A stretch of DNA of 42,996 nucleotides from Candidatus Heimdallarchaeota archaeon (GCA_021399395.1 JAAFKJ010000123.1:1-42996); one strand, 5' to 3'. Counted from the stretch's first letter, positions 1 to 9,374 are shown. Notes: generated from the sequence alone by a model not told the origin. Numbers and translations are program-made.

Positions 1-75
1 ACCGATAACTGCTATAGTTTCATCTCTTATATGTTGTAAGTTTCCATCTTCCTCAATAAAGACTTTCTTAACCAT
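1..75 (-). CDS. ilvC: Ketol-acid reductoisomerase, N-terminal fragment (runs off window)
   Basis: Manual translation MVKKVFIEEDGNLQHIRDETIAVIG matches the IlvC N-terminus leading into the IAVIGYG Rossmann motif; not in ORF track. Confidence 0.7.
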   Translation of the reverse strand, partial: MVKKVFIEEDGNLQHIRDETIAVIG

Positions 76-177
76 GTTTCAAAGGTAAATTTCTTCATAA
101 TAACAATTTTGGTGATAAGTCTTCAGAGTAGATACATGTCTTTTTTTGGGTTTAAATATCGAGCTTAAGACATAATT

Positions 178-1074
178 TTGATAGTAATGAATACTGTAGA
201 GAAGGGGAAGAAGGTTAATTCAGAATTAAAAGGTAAAGTAATTATCATTACTGGCGCTTCATCAGGAATAGGGAAAGCGGTTGCTTTGTCACTGGTTAAA
301 TATCAGCCCAAGATGGTAATTTTTGCACGACGAGAGAAAAAACTCATGCATACAGCTAGAGCTTTGAAAAGACAAGGAATGAAGCTTTTACCAATAGTAG
401 GAGATATCAGAAATAGAGAGGATAGGGTAAAATTAGTTGATTTCACTCTGAAAGCATTTGGAACTATTGATGTTCTGATTAATAATGCAGGGTTAGGAAG
501 AGCAAGTCTTTTCGTAGATCAATCTGAAGAGGAAATCGATGAATTGATTGAAACAAATTTCCTGTCTTTAGTAAAACTTACTCAAAAAGTTGCACAAGTG
601 ATGAAGGAGCAACAAAACGGGCACATAGTTAATCTATCTACATCTTTAGTTATGCTACCAGCATATCCATTTGCTGTTTATTGTGCAACAAAATCCGCAA
701 TTATGACTTTTGGGGATTCAATAAGAAAAGAGATGCAAGATTATGGAGTATCTGTTTCCACTGTTTTTCCAGGACCATATAATACGGAATTCCACGAAGT
801 AGCGCATTGCGACAAAGAAAAATTCGCAGTTTATGATACTCAAAAATTAGCAAATAAGATTGTAAGACTACTCTTGAAACCAAAAGACAATCTGATACAA
901 CCTTGGTTCTTTTCCATATACTCTTGGCTTTCTAAGAGATCTAAAAGATTCAAAAAGAAAGTTTCAAATGAAATAGGTGATTCAATATTAAAAGCAAAAC
1001 AAGCAAAAGAGAACGAACTCAAGATAGAAAAAGAGCAGATAAAAAGAGAAAAGGTTCCAGCCATAATTCAGTGA
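178..1074 (+). CDS. Short-chain dehydrogenase/reductase (SDR)
   Basis: TGASSGIG, NNAG and YCATK motifs; start may be ATG 187. Confidence 0.92.
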   Translation: MIVMNTVEKGKKVNSELKGKVIIITGASSGIGKAVALSLVKYQPKMVIFARREKKLMHTARALKRQGMKLLPIVGDIRNREDRVKLVDFTLKAFGTIDVLINNAGLGRASLFVDQSEEEIDELIETNFLSLVKLTQKVAQVMKEQQNGHIVNLSTSLVMLPAYPFAVYCATKSAIMTFGDSIRKEMQDYGVSVSTVFPGPYNTEFHEVAHCDKEKFAVYDTQKLANKIVRLLLKPKDNLIQPWFFSIYSWLSKRSKRFKKKVSNEIGDSILKAKQAKENELKIEKEQIKREKVPAIIQ

Positions 1075-1247
1075 AAATGGGTTTAACAACCAAATATCTG
1101 CTTTAGCTTTCTTTTTTCTTTATTTTAATTAGTGTTATTAGATATAGAAACTAGCCTAGAATTTTGAAGAATTATGTTGGTTTTTGGAACAGCTAGCCTC
1201 AGAAAATAATATTGATTGTCATTTAAAAACACAAAAAAATCTGTGTT

Positions 1248-1421
1248 TTATCCAAAGAAATTGTCAATTGAGGTTGTAGACCAATCAATTAGACTGAAAA
1301 TTACTCCAAAGATTATCGCGAAAATTAGAATAGCGATTCCAATAAGGAGAATTTCCTCTAATATTGGACTTCCTCTTTTCTTTGGTAATCTTAGTTTTCT
1401 TAGTAGTATGAATTTGAACAT
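1248..1421 (-). CDS. Small (57 aa) class III signal peptide, Flp/type IV pilin-like protein
   Basis: MFKFILLRKLRLPKKRG|SPILEEILLIGIAILIFAIIFGVIFSLIDWSTTSIDNFFG: basic leader, KRG cleavage site, Glu at +5, hydrophobic helix; TTTAAATA about 30 nt upstream. Confidence 0.7.
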   Translation of the reverse strand: MFKFILLRKLRLPKKRGSPILEEILLIGIAILIFAIIFGVIFSLIDWSTTSIDNFFG

Positions 1422-1501
1422 TGTATTCAGTTCTTGTACTAAAAGACTCTATTTAAACTCAACAAAATTAAGAATATAGGAAAAATGGGAGAGGGAAAAA
1501 A

Positions 1502-2440
1502 CTACCTCAATAAATTATTCAAAACTGCCATTACTGTGTGTAATCTGTTCTCAGCTTCATCAAAGACAATGCTATGATCACTTTCAAAGACTTCCTCTGT
1601 GGCTTCCTTATGTTTGTAAGGTAAGCAATGCATGAATACATAATCGGATTTTGCGTTGGAACAAAGCTCTTCTGTAACTATATAATCATTGAAAGCTGCT
1701 AATTTAGCTTTTTCTTGATCTTCTTCACCCATGGAGATGAAGGTGTCAGTTACAACAATATCTGCATCTGTAACTGCTGATACAGCATTACTAGTAATAG
1801 TGATATTGGCTCCTGTTACATCTGCAAACTCCTCTGCAAGTGCAATAGTGTCATTAGATGGTTCATAACCCTTAGGTGTAGCAACAGACACATCCATGCC
1901 CATCTTTGCGCATCCAATCATCAATGAATTGCAGACGTTGTTTCCATCTCCGACCCAAGCTAGCTTTAATCCTTCAAGCCGACCTTTGTGTTCTTCAATA
2001 GTTAGCAAATCAGCTAAAATTTGAAGTGGATGATATTTGTCAGATAACGCATTAATGATTGGAACTGTAGAATATTTAACAAGTTCCTCAACATCTTCGT
2101 GTGCGTAAACTCTTGCTAAGACGCCGTCAACCATTCTAGACAGAACACGGGAAGTGTCTTTGATTGTTTCTCCACTACCTAGTTGGATGTCTGCAGAACT
2201 TAGAAACAGAGCATGACCACCTAAGTAATACATTGCTACCTCGGTTGAGACACGGGTTCGGGTTGATCTTTTCTGGAAAATCATTCCAAGTGTTAGTCCC
2301 TCAAGAGGTAATTCATTTCTTTCAAAAGCTTTGAATTTAGCCTTCAATCGTTTAGATTCATCAAGAAGAAAACGTATTTCTTCTGCTGTATAATCTACTA
2401 AGGATAAAAGTGACCTGCCTTTTAAATCCATTTTATTCAC
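1502..2440 (-). CDS. argF: Ornithine carbamoyltransferase
   Basis: STRTR, HPLQ, SMG and HCLP motifs; start may be ATG 2431. Confidence 0.95.
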   Translation of the reverse strand: MNKMDLKGRSLLSLVDYTAEEIRFLLDESKRLKAKFKAFERNELPLEGLTLGMIFQKRSTRTRVSTEVAMYYLGGHALFLSSADIQLGSGETIKDTSRVLSRMVDGVLARVYAHEDVEELVKYSTVPIINALSDKYHPLQILADLLTIEEHKGRLEGLKLAWVGDGNNVCNSLMIGCAKMGMDVSVATPKGYEPSNDTIALAEEFADVTGANITITSNAVSAVTDADIVVTDTFISMGEEDQEKAKLAAFNDYIVTEELCSNAKSDYVFMHCLPYKHKEATEEVFESDHSIVFDEAENRLHTVMAVLNNLLR

Positions 2441-2617
2441 TGGGTCAAAGGAATAGGGAAAATATAAAAAATGTTCGATATGACTTGCTGCTTCCTCTTT
2501 CTCTCTTCTTCAGATTCATTACAACATAAGAATAGATAAAGAAATTCAATGAATTTTTCAAATCAAAAGGAAGTTGTTCTTGCGTAGAATTCTTAAATTA
2601 GTGAATATAAGGTATAA

Positions 2618-3025
2618 GTGAGAAAAATGGTTGATTATAAACGTCTTATAATTTCTATTGCAACTGGTGCAGTTCTTGGTGTAGCTTGTATTATTGGTGT
2701 AGGCGGACGAGTTGAAGGAGGATATGCTGGTAATGTAGGCTATCTGATCGGTATATGGGCAATGCGCGTAGTTCTAGGAATCATTATTGGACTAGCAGCT
2801 GGAATTATACTCATTAAAGGAGAAGGATGGGAGAAATGGGTAAATGCTGGAGTAAGAGGAACTTTGTTTGGTTTAATAGTTTCAGCAGCAGTTTTACTGA
2901 TGGATCAATATGTGGGTTATACAACTTTCGTAGCAGGAATAGCTTATGGAACAATAATAGATTTGGTGGCTACATTCTTTACAAGAGAAAAGAAAGAAAA
3001 AGTAGAAAAAGAAGAAAAAGATTAG
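2618..3025 (+). CDS. Small 4-TM membrane protein, unknown function
   Basis: Four Gly-rich hydrophobic segments and a charged C-terminal tail. Confidence 0.8.
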   Translation: MRKMVDYKRLIISIATGAVLGVACIIGVGGRVEGGYAGNVGYLIGIWAMRVVLGIIIGLAAGIILIKGEGWEKWVNAGVRGTLFGLIVSAAVLLMDQYVGYTTFVAGIAYGTIIDLVATFFTREKKEKVEKEEKD

Positions 3026-4227
3026 AAGAAGGTTGGTTCGCCTTCAAACACTCTTTCTGGAGGTTCCATCTTCATGGTTTCTTCAGCAGATAGAATCTCG
3101 ATTAGTTCATAATTGGATATACCCAAACCCAACTTTTCAGCATAAACAACTGTTTCATAGGGATCTTTATACGGACCATGAACTCTAGTGAAAGGATGAA
3201 GATCTTCGTCTGGATTAAGATTGACATGCTTAAAGTATGGAGGAATATTCTTCTCAATCAATCCCTCTTGTTTGATTAAATCAAGAGTTGCGGTCTCAAC
3301 AGCAACAATATCTTTACTACCAACAACACCAATATCATTAACAATGGAAGCTTGACCTAAACCTAAGCAATCACAGTACGTTGTTATATTTAACAAGAAA
3401 TTAATATACATCACCTTAGCAGGTTCAAAGGTTTTCAATACTTCATTTGTTGCTATAGCCATCATCTCGTTAAAAGCAGCATAGCTTTCACGTGGTACTT
3501 TTACTGCACCTAAACCTCCATCAACTTGCAGGCAGGTCATACATTGGTGACAATCATGATAATTTCTTCTAAGATTATCTTTCTCTTCGTCATAACTCAA
3601 GGCACCATAAGGACAAGATTCTACAAGTTTTTTGGCTAGTTCAGGATTACCTTTAGCTTTATCCCAGTATTCATCAACACTTGAAGCTCCATGGATTTTT
3701 CTCCATCGAGTAGGACCTGAGTATCCTCCTAGAGCTAGGTTTTTGATTGCTCCCCCATATCCACAAGATCCATGACCTTTGGCATGAGAAAGATCCACAA
3801 GAACATCTGCATCCTTGAGTGCTCCAGCTAGTTCTAGATTGTCTATACCTCTATAATTAACCTCAACTGTAGATGTATAACCATCCTTTATCCCTGCTAT
3901 AGGAATAACTGGGCAGCCACATGTTTCTTGAGTATAACCTCTATTAACAGCATTGTAAACAGAAGTCGGGTTATCTGTAACAAAAGGATACCCTCCTCGT
4001 TTCTTAATAGCTTCAACAATTCGACGAATAAAATAAACAGGTATTGTTTGGTAACCCTCATTGAAACCAAGGTGCATTTTAACTGCTACCTTATCCTTCT
4101 TCTCAATCGGTGTTTCATCTAGCAACATTTCTGTTATTTTATCCACTTTAGCACCAAACGAAGCGAAAGCAGAATTTCTTCCGTGTTGAATAGATCCAAA
4201 ATAAACTTTAGCTTTTTCTGAACTCAT
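3022..4227 (-). CDS. DUF362 family Fe-S protein
   Basis: KVAVKMHLG, SHAKGH, GGAIKNLALG, CP...CxxCxxC and CDC motifs; start reset to MSSEKAK to avoid overlap with the divergent SDR. Confidence 0.85.
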   Translation of the reverse strand: MSSEKAKVYFGSIQHGRNSAFASFGAKVDKITEMLLDETPIEKKDKVAVKMHLGFNEGYQTIPVYFIRRIVEAIKKRGGYPFVTDNPTSVYNAVNRGYTQETCGCPVIPIAGIKDGYTSTVEVNYRGIDNLELAGALKDADVLVDLSHAKGHGSCGYGGAIKNLALGGYSGPTRWRKIHGASSVDEYWDKAKGNPELAKKLVESCPYGALSYDEEKDNLRRNYHDCHQCMTCLQVDGGLGAVKVPRESYAAFNEMMAIATNEVLKTFEPAKVMYINFLLNITTYCDCLGLGQASIVNDIGVVGSKDIVAVETATLDLIKQEGLIEKNIPPYFKHVNLNPDEDLHPFTRVHGPYKDPYETVVYAEKLGLGISNYELIEILSAEETMKMEPPERVFEGEPTFF

Positions 4228-4318
4228 AATTGTGGGTAAACGTGGAAATATTTTAAGGTTATTGGATAAAGTTTTTACTTGAACGAGAATTAATTTACAT
4301 ACTGAAGTTGTTGATGAT

Positions 4319-5191
4319 ATGGCAAATGATACTTGGATTAAAGGAAAAACTTGCATGATAACTGGAGCTAATACTGGTATTGGTAAAGAAACAGCAAGAA
4401 AGATTGCAGCTCTAGGGGCACATGTAATTATGGTTTGTCGTAATCCAGAAAAGGGCGAAACAGCAAGGAAAGAAATTATCGAAACAACAACTAATCAGGA
4501 TGTTGATCTTTTAATCTGCAATCTCTCATCATTGAAAGATGTAAAACGTTTTGCTGAGGAGTTTCAAAAGAACTATTCCAATCTTCATGTGCTGATTAAC
4601 AATGCCGGTGTTTTCCGAATGAAGAGAGAAGTAACTGAAGACGGATATGAGATTACTTTTGGAGTAAATTATCTCGCACACTTCTATCTGACCAAACTTC
4701 TGCTACCTATTCTAAAGAAAAGTTCTCCATCTCGCATAGTAAACCTCTCTTCAGATATGCACAAGTTTTACAAAATAAAAATAAAAGACCCTCTTCTTGA
4801 GAAAAGATACAGTGGGCAACAAGCATATAGTAATTCCAAAACTGCCATGGTATTGTTTACCAACAAACTAGTAAGAGAGTTAGAAGGAACCAATGTATCT
4901 GTTTTTACAGTTAATCCTGGTCACGTTAAAACACAGTTAACAACAGCAGGCCTCCCTAAGTGGTTTTCAACTATATCGAACCTTATCCCTAATCGTAGAA
5001 CACCTGCAATAGGTGCAGAATCTTCCGTTTATGCAGCCGTTTCTCCTAGTCTAGAAGGACTTACAGGTCTTTACTTCAGTGATTGTAAAGAATCAAAAAC
5101 AGCTAAGATGACCAAAGATCCAGTCAATCAAGATTATCTCTGGGACTTGAGTGAAGTATTGGTGTCAAGAGCTATAAAAAAAGAAGATTAA
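4319..5191 (+). CDS. SDR oxidoreductase, retinol dehydrogenase-like
   Basis: TGANTGIG, NNAG, FGVNYLAHF, YSNSK, GLYFSDC. Confidence 0.92.
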   Translation: MANDTWIKGKTCMITGANTGIGKETARKIAALGAHVIMVCRNPEKGETARKEIIETTTNQDVDLLICNLSSLKDVKRFAEEFQKNYSNLHVLINNAGVFRMKREVTEDGYEITFGVNYLAHFYLTKLLLPILKKSSPSRIVNLSSDMHKFYKIKIKDPLLEKRYSGQQAYSNSKTAMVLFTNKLVRELEGTNVSVFTVNPGHVKTQLTTAGLPKWFSTISNLIPNRRTPAIGAESSVYAAVSPSLEGLTGLYFSDCKESKTAKMTKDPVNQDYLWDLSEVLVSRAIKKED

Positions 5192-5236
5192 TAAACATTT
5201 AAACTGATTTTGACTAAATATGTGATGTTGTGAAAA

Positions 5237-6169
5237 ATGCCTAAACCATATGCAGTTGTTATGGAAGAGATAAAAAATGCCTTGAAGGGGAAAGCGGGAG
5301 AAGAAAGGGCAAAAGAAATTAGACGACTTCTAAAAGAAATTACATGGGATGTAGGAGATTACAAGAGAATCAAAGATAAGCTTAGACGAGAGTTATCAGA
5401 AATTGAGGTAATGGAACAAGCAAAAAGAGCCTCTCGAAGAAGTTCTACAACTAAGAAAGAAACTCCCCAATTTCTTGTAATAGGTCTAACAAATAGTGGG
5501 AAAAGTACTCTGATAAACAACCTGTGTGGAACAGAAATACAAGTAGGCGATTATGAATACACAACTACAGAACCACAATATGGTGCCATGGTACATGGAG
5601 GAATAAAATTCCAGGTAGTAGAACTTCCAGCAATAAGCGAAGGAGGATGGATATACGATAAAACTACTCTAGGAATGGTGTATTCAACAGATTGCTTGAT
5701 AATAGTTGGACGATCTTTTGAAGAGTTTTCAGTTGTACTAAAAGAGTTAGAAGAGCAGAATATAGAACTAATACCAAAAAGATTGGGGGATGGATTTGCT
5801 CAAACAAGTCCAAGAACAATCCCAACAATTTTAGTTAAACAGGAAAATCTAGGATTAATATCCCACAATGAGTTGAGGAATGCATCATTCAATAACACTG
5901 AAGAAATAAAGAATATCTTGCTTGAAATAATCAATTCCACAAGAGTATTTACTATGAATTCTTTCAACGAGATAGAAGAAGAGCCTGTTATGTTTTTCCA
6001 AGAAAATCTGATTGTGAAAGATGTAGTTAGTAAGATGAACAAAAGCAAGATGGATGTTTTTAAGGACGCTGTTGTTCTCGAAGGGGGACCTAATGGAAGA
6101 AGAAAACGAGTAGGAATAACTTACGAATTACAAGATAAGGACGTAATTCACTTAACTTTCAAAAAATAA
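5237..6169 (+). CDS. OBG/DRG-like GTPase with TGS domain (divergent)
   Basis: G1 GLTNSGKS, G2 YEYTT, C-terminal RVGITYELQDKDVI (TGS-like). Confidence 0.8.
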   Translation: MPKPYAVVMEEIKNALKGKAGEERAKEIRRLLKEITWDVGDYKRIKDKLRRELSEIEVMEQAKRASRRSSTTKKETPQFLVIGLTNSGKSTLINNLCGTEIQVGDYEYTTTEPQYGAMVHGGIKFQVVELPAISEGGWIYDKTTLGMVYSTDCLIIVGRSFEEFSVVLKELEEQNIELIPKRLGDGFAQTSPRTIPTILVKQENLGLISHNELRNASFNNTEEIKNILLEIINSTRVFTMNSFNEIEEEPVMFFQENLIVKDVVSKMNKSKMDVFKDAVVLEGGPNGRRKRVGITYELQDKDVIHLTFKK

Positions 6170-6188
6170 AATAAAAGCTGGAGTATAA

Positions 6189-6746
6189 TTACTCCAATTT
6201 TGAACCGCAACTTTCACAGAATTGAGATCCTGCTGGAGGTTTGTGACCACAGTAAGGACAGAAGCTAACATCTCCAGTTGGGAAGATAACCTCAGCTTGT
6301 TTCTTAGGTAAGGGTGAAACAAACTCTTGTGATTGTTCGTATTTAGTCTCTTGGCCAAAAATGATTTCTCCAGTTTCACTGTCATAACTATATTGAATAC
6401 CCCTCTTAGCTCGAAGATCAAGAAGGATACGAAGGATGTTATTTGGTTTAATACTAACTTCTTGTGCAAAACTCTCAAGTTTTACTCTACCTGTACGGTT
6501 AAGTGTAGCACCATAGACGGTGTCTCTCATTCTTTTATCCCAATAGATGGTGCTAAAACCACCAATGAAAATGAAGAATGCAGGGATGAATAACCAATAA
6601 CCCCAACTCCTTAAACCGATGAAATTGATGTCGTAAGCATTAAAGACTAAAGCTAGAATTCCAACAATAGAGAAAACTATGGCAGTACCAAAGGTAGATA
6701 AGTTACCTGTGTAATTTTTTTTGTAATAATATCTGTTATCAGACAT
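6189..6746 (-). CDS. Membrane protein with C-terminal zinc ribbon
   Basis: Two TM helices, probable winged-helix-like middle region, CPYCG...CESCG; start reset to MSDNRYY. Confidence 0.8.
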   Translation of the reverse strand: MSDNRYYYKKNYTGNLSTFGTAIVFSIVGILALVFNAYDINFIGLRSWGYWLFIPAFFIFIGGFSTIYWDKRMRDTVYGATLNRTGRVKLESFAQEVSIKPNNILRILLDLRAKRGIQYSYDSETGEIIFGQETKYEQSQEFVSPLPKKQAEVIFPTGDVSFCPYCGHKPPAGSQFCESCGSKLE

Positions 6747-6872
6747 AATATAACCACAAATAAAGGAAAGCATGGATTCTTTTAAACCTAAGCATTTACC
6801 GTGATTCATCAAACCAGAATCGGAACAAAAAACTTTTAATGGAAAGAAGAACAGAAAGGATAGAACAAAGGT

Positions 6873-6980
6873 GCCCAGATAGCTTAGCTGGGAGAGCGCT
6901 AGACTGAAGATCTAGTTGTCGCGTGTTCAAGAATCGTTTCAGATGCGTTCTGAACGTTGAATATCACGCTCTGGGCTCCA
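6873..6980 (+). tRNA. tRNA-Phe (GAA) with 32-nt intron at position 59/60 (6932-6963)
   Basis: GCCCAGA/TCTGGGC acceptor stem, CTAGA-CT GAA GA-TCTAG anticodon arm, T stem GCGTG/CACGC interrupted by a bulge-helix-bulge; encoded CCA. Confidence 0.92.
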
Positions 6981-7249
6981 ATTTTTCCTTTCTTTTCGAG
7001 TTTACATATGATTCTAAGGATTAGATATTAGAATTCGATATGTTTGAGGGTACTTTTTACCAATCAGAAAGAGAAGATAATCTGCTATATTCAACCAAAA
7101 TAATGATTCTTGGATGAAAAAGTAATTTAATTTTAGAATAGATTTTTTAATAAGTTAAATGATAGCAAAATTGATGAGTGGGATGCAAGATTCATACATC
7201 TTTGGTTTAAGGTAGTTCTGAATCTCCACTCATCACTAAATTCTATTCT

Positions 7250-7272
7250 TCACGCTCTGGGCTCCAATTTTT
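7250..7272 (+). repeat. Direct repeat of tRNA-Phe 3' exon (copy of 6964-6986), att-like
   Basis: TCACGCTCTGGGCTCCAATTTTT is identical at both positions. Confidence 0.9.
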
Positions 7273-7546
7273 TCCTTCCTTAAATCTTTGTAAATTGTTT
7301 TGCCTTTATCTGGATACTTTTCCTTTTGTGTTTTTAAGTCTAAATTCAATTGTTTATCTGAAGCTAGCCACTTAATCTGCTAGGTGGCTCCAAGATTGAT
7401 TACACATTCATCCCCAATGTTTCTCAGGCTAGCTTCTCCCTTTCCTTCTCTACAGTTCTATCTATATTTCTTCCTCAAAGTCCTTATTACTTTCTTAACA
7501 GAAAAAGAGTGAATCTTTTAAAGTATACATCTTACTTCCTTGTAAA

Positions 7547-8047
7547 GTGGTGTCTATGCGAGGAATGAGAAGAAAGGAAAAAGCAATAGAAGACATTGAA
7601 GAACTGCAAAATATTTTACACACTGTTAAACATATCACCGTAGCAATGTGTCAAGATAACGAACCCTATTTGGTTACTTTGAGCCATGGTTATGATCCAA
7701 AAGAACACTGTATTTTCTTCCATTGTGCAAGCGAGGGTAAAAAAATCGATATCTTGAAAGAGAACAACATTGTTTGGGGACAAGCTTTAGTTGACGAAGG
7801 ATATATTCAAGGAGCTTGTGATCATCTATATGCTACTGTTCAATTCAAGGGCAAAGTGCGCTTTCTAGAAGACTTTGAAGAGAAAAAGGCAGCTTTGGAA
7901 CTTATGATAAATAAACTAGATGAGAAGCCAGAGGAAGTTGCTGAGAAACAATTGACCGAACAGTCTGTAACCAGAGTAGCAGTTGGTAGGATAGATATTG
8001 AATATATGAGTGGGAAGAAATCTAAAGATATTATCATCAGTCTTTGA
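7547..8047 (+). CDS. Pyridoxamine 5'-phosphate oxidase / NimA family flavin-binding protein
   Basis: MRRKEK N-terminus, PYLVTLSHGY, FFHCASEGKK, MSGK; start may be ATG 7556. Confidence 0.88.
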   Translation: MVSMRGMRRKEKAIEDIEELQNILHTVKHITVAMCQDNEPYLVTLSHGYDPKEHCIFFHCASEGKKIDILKENNIVWGQALVDEGYIQGACDHLYATVQFKGKVRFLEDFEEKKAALELMINKLDEKPEEVAEKQLTEQSVTRVAVGRIDIEYMSGKKSKDIIISL

Positions 8048-8084
8048 CACTAGATTGATAAGTGTCTTAACTGTCAAAACAAAC

Positions 8085-8321
8085 ATGGCTATCTTTGGTA
8101 AATGTGGTCAGTGTGGAAAATCTTTAGATGAGGGGAAAAAAACTTGTGGAGCTAGTTTTGCCATGTGTAATAAATGCAAGATGCTCATCCACCCACATTG
8201 TATGGGGGAACACCGACTTATGCACAATCGTCAGGATAATGTAGCAAAATATGCAACAAAAAGGACATCTGTTTCTATTCTCGCAAGAATCTTCTCCTTC
8301 ATTAAAGGAATTGTTGAGTAA
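8085..8321 (+). CDS. Small Cys/His zinc-finger protein
   Basis: CxxC...C...CxxCxxxxHxxC...H...H; start reset to MAIFGKC. Confidence 0.7.
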   Translation: MAIFGKCGQCGKSLDEGKKTCGASFAMCNKCKMLIHPHCMGEHRLMHNRQDNVAKYATKRTSVSILARIFSFIKGIVE

Positions 8322-8390
8322 ATCTAAATCCTGATTGTATAATCATTGAAAGAAGCCAATATTTTTAACATTCTGACACCACTTTTGCTT

Positions 8391-9374
8391 ATGGAATACC
8401 GAAGATTAGGTTCTACTGGAGTCAAAATTGCTCCAATTGTTCTTGGAACAATGCAGATGGGATGGAGAGTTGAGGAAGAAGAGTCTTTCAAAATAATGGA
8501 TAAAGCACTTGAATTAGGGATTAATTGCTTTGATACAGCTGATGTCTATTCGTATTGGGCAGATAACAGTTATCCTGGAAAGACAGAAGAAATAATAGGT
8601 CGATGGCTAAAGGATAGAGATACTAGAGATGATCTTGTTTTAGCTACTAAACTAAGAGGAACAATGAGCGACGATATTAATAATCGAGGTTTATCTCGAA
8701 GACATGTTCATCAAGCAATCAAGGCGAGTTTAAGAAGATTGCAAACTGACTGGATCGACCTTTATCAGATACACAGTTTTGATAATGATGTACCCATTGA
8801 AGAAACACTTCATGCCCTCAATATATTGGTTGATGATGGTTTAGTCAATTATATTGGTGCATCAAATATACACCCTTGGATGTTAGTTGAATCCTTTTGG
8901 GTAAGTCAGAAAAATGGTTACGTTCGATTTGAAACTGTTCAACCCCCATATAGTATTGTAAGACGAATGCTTGTAGAACATCAGATGGAACATGTGATCA
9001 AAAAATATGGTCTGGGTGTTATTCCTTACAGTCCTTTAGCAGGTGGTTTTCTAACAGATAGATACTCTAGAGATGGTCCAATACCAGATACTCCACGTAG
9101 TGAAGGAGCACAAAAGCGCTACTTTACAGAGAAGAGATGGGCTATACATGAAACAGTAAAAGAAATTGCTGATGTTAAAGAAGCAAAGATGACACAAGTA
9201 GCAATAGCTTGGATATTGGCTAAAGATTTCATCACTGCACCTATAGTAGGAGCCAATAGTGTTGAGCAGCTCGAAGATAATCTAGGGGCTTTAGAAATAA
9301 GTCTAGATGAAGATGAAATAAAAAGATTAGACGAAGTGTCAGATTGGGTTGCTGATTACGAAGCACTCAGATAA
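8391..9374 (+). CDS. Aldo/keto reductase
   Basis: MEYRRLG start, FDTADVY, DLYQIH, YSPLAGG. Confidence 0.93.
   Translation: MEYRRLGSTGVKIAPIVLGTMQMGWRVEEEESFKIMDKALELGINCFDTADVYSYWADNSYPGKTEEIIGRWLKDRDTRDDLVLATKLRGTMSDDINNRGLSRRHVHQAIKASLRRLQTDWIDLYQIHSFDNDVPIEETLHALNILVDDGLVNYIGASNIHPWMLVESFWVSQKNGYVRFETVQPPYSIVRRMLVEHQMEHVIKKYGLGVIPYSPLAGGFLTDRYSRDGPIPDTPRSEGAQKRYFTEKRWAIHETVKEIADVKEAKMTQVAIAWILAKDFITAPIVGANSVEQLEDNLGALEISLDEDEIKRLDEVSDWVADYEALR

Noticed and set aside
1216-1479. 87 aa plus-strand ORF
   Set aside because: Antisense shadow of the pilin-like minus-strand ORF; no motif
6152-6593. ORFs 6152-6478 and 6333-6593
   Set aside because: Alternative-frame or antisense overlaps of the zinc-ribbon membrane gene
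7172-7235. Hairpin as a possible SECIS or split-tRNA leader
   Set aside because: No selenoprotein-like in-frame TGA gene nearby, and the second exon copy cannot form a BHB with the 5' exon
7242-7499. Minus-strand frame with two in-frame TAG codons (possible pseudogene or recoding)
   Set aside because: No recognisable homology or start; TAG is used as a normal stop by several genes here
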